This document shows, piece by piece, positions 48,608 through 59,439 of a DNA stretch of 64,000 nt (its first letter is position 1; every line of letters starts with the position of its first letter). Made by a program: the position numbers and the translations under genes. Source of the stretch: Psammoneis japonica (taxonomy: Eukaryota); the NCBI GenBank assembly GCA_008632985.1, contig QPGO01000077.1, forward strand, positions 62,001-126,000, written 5' to 3'. Under the pieces are notes generated by a model. That model worked only from the letters and a program-made list of their open reading frames with translations, was not told where the DNA came from and searched no databases.

Positions 48608-51600
48608 CTCCCTCGCAACTGAGCGAGCTGCCGAATCGAAAAATTTGCGACATCGCAAAATTTGCGACAAAAAATCCGCGTGCGCACGCATTTCTGGTCC
48701 ACCTGTGACATGGTGAGCTGATGTGCTGATGTGCCGATGTGCCTCACAATGTCAATTGCATCCCCGTTGTCTTCCAAGGCAATGCTCACTGCATCATGCC
48801 CCATTTGGCATCACGTTCATTGAGCAAAGCTTCACATGGTGCTTTTTAAATTGGAAAATGGGCAGATGTTGTTGTCATCAAAGTGGTCGCTGTCTTTCAT
48901 GTGCAAACTTGACTGTTGACTGTGGCGTTTTTTTTGAAAAAGTGTCTGTCAGCATTTGGAAGGGATGGGTTTTGTAAAACGCAAATTTGAATCTCTGTGT
49001 GGGTGGCATGTGAGTGACATTTTGTGATGATCCTCACAAAAGTCGAGTCTCATCATGCCGATGGCTTCAAACAAACAAGGCGGCGGCGGTGATGCCGGAA
49101 GCATCAGCAAATCAGAAAAGGTGAAGCAAGTTGTGGACACCCAACATGCTCAAGGGGCACGACAAATGCTTGAGATGCTTGATCAAGTCAAAAACATTTC
49201 TAAAGTGGTGAAAGAGTTGAAGAAGGATGCTGAAGTGGCCAAGATGCAAGGGTTTGTTGGCAAGCTTGGAGTTCTTGTGGAGGCAGCAGAGCAGATGCAA
49301 TGCAAGGGACGAAGACAATTTTCACAACTTTCACAAATGAAGCATGTTGTGGTGTCATGTGACTCACTGAAGGCGGAAGAACGACAAGAGAATCTGCCTC
49401 TGGCCCCTTTGCTGCAGCTGAAGATGTTCTCTTGGGCCAGCAAGAAAGCACCCAGCAAAGATGACGGCATCATCAAAGCGACCGTCACAGGAAAAGGAGG
49501 CAGCTCGTCAAACAGTGTGGGAAGAGCTGCACAATGATGAAATTGAAGCAGACGGTCATTCATCAAGTGAGTTGCCCTTGTGCGGACTTTGCAAGCTGCA
49601 TGAGGGAAGTTTGCAACATGAGCCACACAACGCAATGATTCAATGACCTGCTTTGTGTGCTGCAGCATGACTTTGTAAGCTGCACAAAGTGATGCATTGT
49701 GCACTGCATGACAACAATCAATCAATTGCTTTAAAAAAGTCATTGTTGTCAGCACAGTGAATTCTGACGTGCGACGTCCAGACAATTGAAGAACCCATGA
49801 AGCTGAGGAACGAACGAACGTGAGGCCCTGCTCAAAACAACACAGGAAAAAGACCACATGAGGATGCATGCCACATTTTGCTCTGACAAGCACATCCATG
49901 AAAAGAGGAGACAGGTGCGACAAAGTCCAAAAATGGGCAAAAACTTCTGTGATTTTGTTGTCATCTCTGTCTTGAATCTCACAACTTCAACAGCTGATGC
50001 TGCTTTGCCGCCAAACTTTTCCCACCAACAATGCTGACACATGATGTGCTTCATTGCACTCGGAAAAGTGCACACATGAGAAAAGAGAAGTGAGAGAGAG
50101 AAAGCCCGAAAATGGACAAATGCTCTGCCCTTCTGTGATTTTTTGCTGATGTTCAGGCTCTTTGAAAACTGTCACATTTCAATTTGTTCATTCTTGACAG
50201 ATTGAAGAGCGCAGAATCTGTCATTCAGACAATGAAAACTTTCATGCAAATGTCGTTTTTGTGCATGTGCTTTGGTGTTTGTGTGCAGCTGGAGCATGTC
50301 AAAAGGGGAGACAAGGGGTGACTCAAGGGCGCGGAGCATTCGTTGTGGCAATCTGCAATCTGCCACTTTTGGAAAAGTCTGGGAACAGCTGGCAAATGAG
50401 GTTGCTTTTGTCTCTGAACATTTGAGTGACTGCATGGGTTGCTCACTGGCTGCATCGGCACCCAGGCAATTTCTTCTTGCAAAGATGTTCATGTGGCTTG
50501 CCCCCACCTCTGAACATCAAGACAGCCTGCTGGAGCCAAGGGAGGTTGCTCCCTGGTGAGGCATTGATTGACACTTCCAAGGAAGGGGGTGTCTTTCAAT
50601 GCTGCAGGCCCAAATCTCAGCCGCAGCAGGGCTGTGCTGCCCTTGAAAGCTGGTGCGTGTGGGTTGACTGATCTTGGCATCATGGCTGCCACCACCACTG
50701 CCATTTTGACTGCTGCCATTGCAACTGCTGCCACTGAAACTGCTGTCATTTCAACCACTGCTGTTGCAACTGCTGCCATTTTCCACTGGCGCCATTGCGG
50801 CTGCTGCCATTTGGACTGCATTGCGACTGCTGCCACTGCAGCCACTGCAGCCACTGCCATTGCAACTGCCACTGTGGCAACCGCCATTGTGGAAACTGTG
50901 ATTGTTGCAACTGTCATCATTGTGACTGCTGGCGCCATTTGGACTTCTGTTGTTGTGACCACTGTTGTTGCAGGGCTGGCTGCAAGAAGCTGTGGCTGTG
51001 CCACTGTTTGGACTGCTGTTGTTGAAGCTTGAGTGTGCTTTTGCATTTTGCCTTGATTGGCAATTCTCTCTGCATCTTGCTTGTTCTTGAAACATCCTGT
51101 TTTGCCTGACTTTGCCCTTCCTCTGTCTTGGTCCCCTCACACAAATGCTCTTTTGCAGCTGCCTTGAGATTTTCCAAGGCCTGCTGAGTTTGTTTTTCCT
51201 CATCTCTCTTTTTTGCTTGTCAATCAATTCTTGCTCTAAAGCCTCTTGCCTTTCCCTTGCTTTGGCCACTTGCTGCTCTGCCATGACTGCTTTCTGATGC
51301 TTGCTTTCTTGTCTGGAGCATGCTTCCATCACAATGGCCAAGACTGGCTGGGCATTTTGCTTTCATGCCAGCTCTTCTTTGGCATCAGCACACTTGGCCC
51401 CAAATGGAATTCCTTGTCCTTTGATGTGGGCCACTCTTCTGCCAGAGCCCTTTCTGCTGCCACCACTGCTGGTTCTGCCCATGGTCATTGATGCTGTTTT
51501 GTGTGTTCCTTCCAACACTTTAACACCCTGGTTGCTTTGGCGTGTTGACTCTTGCTTCACTTGAGTCAAGTCAATCAAAATGCTCTGCCCACAACAGGTG

Positions 51601-54600
51601 AAAAATTGCCAGCAAGGAAGACCAGGACACCAATTTAGCTTGCAGTTTTTCAAGCTGGTCCTTTGGCAAGGGCTTGGTGAAGATGTCCATGATCTGCTCC
51701 TCAGCAGAAATGTGTTCAATCGTGATGGTCTCAGCAACAACATGGGACCAAAAATGGTGAAGCCGGACAGACAAACACTTGGCATGTGGGTGCATGCAGT
51801 GATTTGCAGCAATCTTGATGCAGCTCTTGTTGTCCTCAAAAGTGCAACATGCTGCTTTCAACAGCGCCAATGATGTGGGAAATCCTTCACACTTCAATTC
51901 GTCCACAAGGTTTTGAATGACAATGACCTCAAGCAAGGCTGAAGACAGAGCAATGCATTCTGCCTTGGCAGCACTGAGAGCAACAAGGTTTGCATCTTTG
52001 AGGTCCAGACAATGGGACACCAAGCAAGCATGATGACATGTCCAGTGCAAGAGTGAACAGAGGATGGATCATGGGAGGAATGATCCTGCAAAAAGCCGGC
52101 CCAATTGGCATCAACAAAACATTCAAGGCCACACGATGGATCTGGCTTGAAGGTGATTCCTTGATGTCTCATCCTGTGTGGGCACCAACAAATTTGCTTA
52201 ACAGCCTCTTCATGTTCTTGGTTTGGATCATTGCAGAACTGCATGCATTGTTGCACTGCCACAGCGCACCCCACGATGGTGCAACAGCTCCACTTGCCAA
52301 GACACAGCTTCCCTTCTTCCTTCTTCCGGGTCTTTGTCAAGGAGTTTGGTGTGACAGGCTGGTGTGTCATGTGTCTTGACATGATTTGAATCAGGATCAA
52401 GTCCTGCCATGTCAAGGACATGGTCAATGATGTGTGACTGGGAGAGAGTGATTGAACCCATCATCATGTCTCTTTCAAACCATGTCCCAAGGTGGTCTTG
52501 TGATTCTCCATCATCAGCAAGGTTGAAATCTTGCTTCAGGGAAGCAACCTCGTGAGAGATTGATGATTTGGAAGGTGAGACAAGGACACTGTCATTGATG
52601 TTAAGGATCATGATGACACATGGCTTGGTGAACACACAAGTGTCTGTTTTGGATTGCTCACATCTCCTGGACAGCAGCCCTTTGTGGAGGAATTGGAGCC
52701 AGGCATGTCCTGCATCTTTGAGCCTGCACAAGTTCTTGATGAGCTTGCACACATTCTGGAACCTGTTGATGAAATCAGGCAAATCTGGAGAGTGTGGAAG
52801 CTGGACAGCATTTTTGGAGGTTTCATGCATGTGTCAGTCTGAACTGGAGCCTGGGGATGGGCCAACACAAAGTCAATGGATTCCACATGGCTGCCACCCC
52901 TGAATTGTGGTGTTGACAATCATGAGTTGGGCCATGCTCCAAGATGCAAAAGGTGAGTGCATGGACCAGCAGTCAAGCCCTTCAATGGACTTGTGTTTGC
53001 TGACAGAGAGTCTGGCCTTGTGCTTGATTGTCTCACCCATGGGGGTGTGCGTTCACTTCATCAACCACACCATGGGTGTGGGCATGTGCCCTCATGGAAC
53101 AGCCTTGATGGGCACCACCTTCCAATGCTTCCTTGTGATGTGATCCCACAGTTCTTTGTGCATGGCCTTGACAAATGACTTGCAGTCTGGCTGCTTGAGA
53201 GTGCTTCTTCCAATGTCACAGCATTGGGATCCTGGGAGGCAGCTGTCAACTCTGTGGTGAAGTGAGTCAACATGGCAAATGGATGAGCCTCTGACCAGCA
53301 TTCAAGGTCAGGTTGGAACAGTGGCTGATCCAGAGAGTGGTCATGCAAGGGTGCAAAAAAGTGGCCACAAAGGCAGCAGCCACTTTGAATGCTTTGACAG
53401 CCATGTTTCCTTGTCAAATTGTCAGGCTTGGCATGGTGACCCAAACATGTCATGGGTGGTGCAGCGGGCAGTTGCCATGTCATTCAGCGGGGGGGTGCAT
53501 GGTCTGCAGACTCCATCGACATGGTGGCAGCTGGGTTCCACAGTGTCTTGATTTGTTTGGTTGGTGTTGGCAGTCACATCCTCAGGTCATTCATCCTCCC
53601 AGTTGTCAACAAACACAGGTGTTGGATCAGCAGTGGTGGAAAAAGGATTGACAGTGGCAGCAGTGTTGTGGGTCAAGCTGCCAGGTGAGTCTGTCATGCT
53701 CTTCTGTTTTCATTTTTTGCAGCACCCTCACTTTGCAGTTTTGCCTTTGCTTGCCACAGAGATGTGAACTTCACATCCCTGCAGCAAGTGGCAAATTTGT
53801 CATCATGTGTGCAGTGAAACTGAGGGGATGTGTTGCCATTGTGCACATTGAGGACAAGAGGTGCATTTGACACACATGACTTAGAGAATGTGTCAGGAAG
53901 ATGCCAACTCACAACCAGTCACTCCACTTGTTGTGGGAGTGTTGATCTTGCAATCCTGTGCTTCTTCCTGACCTCTGGTGTGCATGTCATGGACAGAGCA
54001 TTGTGAAGGTTGGTGCAGTGTTTCAGTGCCATGGGCCACAATGAAAGGTGCACTGCTTTTGGCCATTGGTGAGCAGCGTGCAGCAGGGCCATTCATGCTC
54101 CCACAGCAATGTCTTTGACTCAGTTCTCAGCTCAACCATTTTGATGATGAGCATTCATGCCACAGAAGCTCAAGGCTTGATTTGTGGTCCTGACTCTACC
54201 TTGAACTTCTTGATGTCAAACAAGCCATCATCCACATGAAGGTGCAAGACCCGCACTTTGTGTGCTCCTGCAATGCACTTGAATGCAAGTTTGGCCTCAC
54301 CAGTGGCAGTGGCATCCATGGTGATCATCAAGAGATGGATGTGGTTGAAGTTGGAAAAATGGTCCAAAAATGTCATGTCACCATTGCAGCAAGTGGTGGT
54401 CAGATTGCCTTGGTTGGCAGGCACTGGTCTGGGTGCAGGACTTGCCAGTTGGTCAACACCCATGACCTGTCTGGTTGCGGTTGCAGGTTTGATTTTGTTC
54501 TGGTTTTTCTTGCCCTTGGTTGCCTTTGGCTTGTGCTGGGCCTTTCTGCAGGTGCATCCTGGGCAAACCAGTGGTTTGATGTTGGCCAGTTCTTTTGGCA

Positions 54601-56254
54601 TGAGTCCTGCCCATGTCACCAGCTTGAGCTTGGCAAAACTGAGGTGACTCATGGTCTCATGGATCAAAGCCAGCCTTTGTTTCTTGCATTGTGCAGCAAT
54701 GACATCCAGATCTGATGGTGCCAAGGAATCAATCAGGGTGTCACTCTCTGTTCAAATGGCACACTGCATTGTCAGTCAGCAACTGGGTCAAAATCAGTCT
54801 CTTTGTGTGGGACCTCATTCAGGGCTTCTGGAAGTGACTTCCTCAGTTTTCCTGCAGGCTTGACATGCTCCCACAGCTCTTCTGGAGGCAACAATGGCTC
54901 CCTTGGTTCCCTTGGTGATGCCAGCAGCTCCCTTGGTTCTTGTGCTTGCTGGTTCATGGTGGCATTGCACTCATTGTTCAAAGAGTCATGTGCTGTGTTT
55001 GGTGGTGGAGAGTCTCCCATGCTGGTGAAACAATGTTCGACATCATGTTTGTGAGTGTGGTTGCAAAAGGACTTGAATCTGGGTCAAGTGCTGAAATGGA
55101 AGAGGTTGTTGGAAGTGGTGGGGTGGCAAGCTTGCATCATTTTTCACTGTTGGATCTGTGGCAATGGAGTTGGCATGTGTTGTTGTCATGGCCAGAGCAT
55201 TTGACCATGTGTCCTTGAGCCTTCATTGCTTTGATGAGCAGCTGCAGAGGGATGAGGTTGTGCGGCAAAGCAAGTGATCACTTGGCTCCTTTGGTGAGTG
55301 TGGTGGAGGTGCACCCATTGTCCAATTGCAATGGCAGTTGTTGCAGTGTGCCTGGTCCATGTGCCTTCACCGGCTTGCCAGCGACACCCTTTGCACCCGC
55401 TGATCCACAGGCAGAAAAGCCTTCTGCAAGCCTGACATCATTGAGTGTAAAGTGGTGGCCTTGGCATCAATGCAGAATTTGACACTGTCTGTGTTGATGA
55501 CAAAGCAGAGTGGTTGTTTGTTGATGTTGTCTGGAGCATCTTTTTTGCCAGGGTCATTGGAAGATGAGTCACCCAACTGGGATGAAAATGTGGAAGCAAC
55601 ATTGTCAACTGTGTTTTCAATGCACCATTGCTGTCCAACCATGTCTGAAGAGGCTTTGCCTTTTATCAAGGAATGATTTGCACCAGAGAGGGCACACTTG
55701 GTGGACACAGACACAGGCTCTAAAAGGCTGGGAAGGCCAGCAGGCACCCTGCTGCTCTCTTTGCCAGCTGGCCAATGAAAGCGTGACAGTGGCAGCATCA
55801 ATGGGGTTGCATGACATGATGGTGCACTTGGCATTGGATTGCAGTTGAGGTGGTGCCCAGTGCATTGGAATGTTGACTGATGACAAAGGCCATGTGGACT
55901 CAACACAGGAGACAGAAAATGGGCAGTGATCCACAGGGAACTGTTTCTCCCTTTGAGGCCTGCAGCCAGAGGAGTCAGAATCACAGTGGTGCTGGGAGAG
56001 GCAGTGGAGGCAGGTGTGGGATTGATGCAATGAGAGCAGCCATGGCTGAGCAACACACAAGTCCAACAGAAATGAAACCATGGCTGAACTTCAACATCAC
56101 TCTGCTGTGGTGCAACCTTCATTTGTCACCTTGCAGAGCGGCAAGAGCATTGGTGATCTGGTCCTGCATCTCAGTGTGACCACTGAGCATGGCACAAGTG
56201 TTGGCCAGGAGGGTGGTGGCATTGTTGGCGACATTTGCAATGCCACTGCCAGAA

Positions 56255-56273
56255 GGAGGGGGGGGGGGGGGGG

Positions 56274-56309
<36 letters not shown>

Positions 56310-56320
56310 GGGGGGGGAGG
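56255..56320. repeat. Poly-G tract (poly-Pro in the gag frame)
   Basis: About 65 nt of almost pure G. Confidence 0.9.
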
Positions 56321-57600
56321 AGCAGCAGCAGCAGCAGTTTCCTGCTTGCCAACATTGGTGCAGGGTTCAGATGGGTTTGTCTGCTTGTTCTTGATCCAGT
56401 TGAGGTGTGTGTGGCATTTGGAAGTGGGAAGAAGTTCTTGGAAGAAGGAGTGGCATGCTCATGCTTGGAGGCAACAAGCACAGCCACCATGTCCTCTTGG
56501 TGGGTGTTGGCAGAGGTCTTCTTGAATTTGCCATTCTTGGCAACAATCTTGAAGCACTTGAGAGCTGCCAAGTTCATGAAATCTTGGCTGTTGGCAGCTG
56601 CACTGGCCTCAATGTTTTTAGTTTGGGTGGCAACCTGCTGGAGCCACAAAAGAGGCTGCTGGATGTGTCCACAGACTGTGACAGTGTGCTGGATGTGCTT
56701 AGAATGGTGCAACAATGTGTGATGCTGTGTGGCAGCCAGAGCAAAGAGATGGGTCAATTTTGTGTTGATTGTGGGAATGTTGAAATGACACTTGCTGGGG
56801 TCCATGCACAGGATGTTGTCCAGGGCTGCAGAGCTCATTTGAACAGTGGAGGTGATGGCAAAGGCAGCCAGTTGTTCCAACAGAGATGCACCATCCTCAT
56901 GAGTGGGAGCACCATTGTGTCATCTAAAAATGGCACTGTGTGCTTCACTTGGTCAGTGATGCCAGTGTTTTGAGTGGCTCCTTTGACTTGGGCAGTTGTG
57001 GCTTAATTGCGCGCATCAAAAATGCCACAGCCGTTGACAACAGCTGTGCTCTGGGGTGCAGAGGCATTCCAACATGCTTCTCTGGCATGGAATTTAAGAG
57101 ATGTGAGGAATGCTGGAAACATCTCAGTGTCGCCATCCCAAGCCGGCATGATTGGAGCCGATGCCTGTTTGAAGGAGGTTTTGCCCATGCAAGAGCTCAA
57201 GTTAAGTGGTGGCTTGACTTGAGCAGATCAAAAATGGGTGTGTGTGTGCTGCAGCAGCTGCACCTCTGGCGGCAGTGCCAGCATTGAGGTTGTCAATTGC
57301 AGCGGCAAGAACAACGAGAGTGGCGGCAAGTTCGGTGTTGGCAGCCATTGCTGTGACATTCACAGTGGGCAGCTCTGAGGTTGAGAATGTCAACAGCAGC
57401 AATTTAAAACAGCATTGGGAGCACTGCCAGAATTTTTATGAAGAGAGCACATCCCAAATGTCGGCGGGCAATGAATGGGGAGGAGTGTCATGGCGGCAGC
57501 TGAAAAAGGGTTGCACTGGACAGCGCAAAAGAACGAGTGACAAAAAGAACAAGAGCATTGCAAAAAGAAGGTTGCTGCAATGCTTGCTTGGGTTTAAACC

Positions 57601-57786
57601 TGAAAAAACATGATTGTTCCACCAGCGGGTTTTCAGAGAAAATTGTGAGAAGGAAAGTCAATGGGAGAGAGGGGTGCAGCCGCTTTGCTCGATTGACGTG
57701 GTCTTTGATCTGACTGGGTTCAAGTTGGTTTGGATCCATCTGTCTGTGGGTTTGTCCATCAGAGCGGGAGCTTGATTCTTCTTTCA
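57601..57786 (-). repeat. 5' LTR of the Copia element
   Basis: Direct repeat of 48424-48607, followed by TSD GTGTC. Confidence 0.88.
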
Positions 57787-58501
57787 GTGTCACAAATGAA
57801 GGTGTGTGTTGATGGGGTGTGGGACTGCTTCTTCTGCCAATCATTGAAAATTTCGAAAATTTCGAGTGTTGCAGTTCAAATTTTAATGCATCATACATGC
57901 ATTGAGGGCATGTCACAAATTCATGATCATGTGCATGGCGAAGGGGAATTTACATCTAAAGGTCGACATTTATTATTTCGGCACGTTGTATAAGGACATT
58001 CTATTTTATTTACTCTAGAATGGCAAGAATAAATAAAGAAATAGACACATGTTTAGTACATTATCATTTTTATTTACAGTAGCCCTATAGCAGTACTCTC
58101 TAGAGTAGAGAGTATGTTGTAGTAGTAAGTATCGAACATTCAGTACTTACCATCCGGTAAGTAGTCCTTAAATACAGTAGTCCATAATCGCCAATTGACA
58201 TTCCGTAGTGTATTATACGTAGGTATGGCGAACCAATTTTTAATATATTTATCCAAACATTAACAGTTATCATTTTTTAGTGTATTACCGCATTTCTTAC
58301 AGCATATTGCATTTAAATATATGTGTTGACGTACATGAAATGTATCTTACGCTCACAATCATCATTTTTTGACGTCGCAGAAAAATTGAAAAGAAAATTC
58401 TTCTCCTCGTTTACAGTGCACTAAAAGGGAGATCTTGTGTTTTCTTTTTAAATACGTTCCCACGTTCTTTTCATCAAACCCATCCTTAATTCAGAAACAC
58501 C

Positions 58502-59125
58502 ATGGCAATCCATTTCGCTCTCTATGGCTTGTTGTTGCTAGTCCTATCGTCGTCGGCGGCGATGGCTAAGGAACATCATGTCGGAGGAGAAAGAATCCGT
58601 GACCTCGACGCCGCCGAAGTCGGACGTCACAATCGTCGTCGTGCAAGCATGATGAAGAGCAAGAAGGGCAAGAAAAGCAAGAACTATTGTGTCCAACGAG
58701 AAGTTCAAGCTGACGCTACCGGCGCTCAAGAGGTCCCTGCTGTTTCGACGGATACGTGCGCCCACCTCAGTTTGGAATTCGACGTCGGTTTGACGCAAGT
58801 CGAATACGAGTTAAGTATCGAGGACGGCAAAGCAGTAACGCAAGTTCATTTGCATTGTGCGGAAGCTGGCTCGAATGGTCCCGTTGTTGCCTTTCTCTTC
58901 AATGTGGCTCCCGTCCCTGGTCCGGGAGGAGTCGACATCGATGGTGATGCAGCTTTCGGGACACTTACATCTGCCGATATTATTCCCAACGTTTGTGGAT
59001 TGAATGGACTTAGCGTAAACAACATTGCATCCCTTTTTGCTGCCATTCGTGAAGATCTGATCTACGTAAATGTGCACACGGAAGCAAATCCACCAGGTGA
59101 AGTCCGTGGTCAAATATTTGTCTAA
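58502..59125 (+). CDS. Secreted CHRD-domain protein
   Basis: Signal peptide, GAQEVPAVST, HLHCAEAGSNGPVVAFL and YVNVHTEANPPGEVRGQI. Confidence 0.9.
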   Translation: MAIHFALYGLLLLVLSSSAAMAKEHHVGGERIRDLDAAEVGRHNRRRASMMKSKKGKKSKNYCVQREVQADATGAQEVPAVSTDTCAHLSLEFDVGLTQVEYELSIEDGKAVTQVHLHCAEAGSNGPVVAFLFNVAPVPGPGGVDIDGDAAFGTLTSADIIPNVCGLNGLSVNNIASLFAAIREDLIYVNVHTEANPPGEVRGQIFV

Positions 59126-59439
59126 GATTTGCAGAAGAAAACAGCGAAGCTTTTCCTGTTGTGTATGCGGTTTTTTTCGTTTGTTGAGACACAGGCATAG
59201 CGAAACTGGACGTATGATAGACGCGATTCAATTAATTTGTTCCTGGCCGTACTGTACTGCCCCTTGTATGGTTGGTCGGGAGCATGTGTAAGCTGTGCTT
59301 TAGATACATGCATTACTTCAAATCACTCCTGTGCACCAAATCACTGCTAGTCTTCTCTTCCAACAATGGGGCAAGCACTGCTTAACTGTTTGCACCATCG
59401 TAGTCAACATCCTTTTACTTTCTACATAGACGACAGTGA

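Larger units (their letters stand above)
48424..57786 (-). mobile_element. Full-length but decayed Ty1/Copia retrotransposon (9.36 kb) with 5-bp TSD GTGTC
   Basis: LTRs 48424-48607 and 57601-57786 (TGAAA...CTTTCA). GTGTC at 48419-48423 and 57787-57791. PPT-like GCGAGGGAG next to the 3' LTR and PBS-like GGTTTAAACCC next to the 5' LTR. Domain order is gag (~57350-56000), protease (NTDSVKFCID), integrase (HETMSHLSF..CPGC, VDQL, DHFS), RT (KNLCRLKDAG, ILNINDS) and RNase H (FVDANW, AECIALS, EDNKSC, DIFTKPL). Confidence 0.92.
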
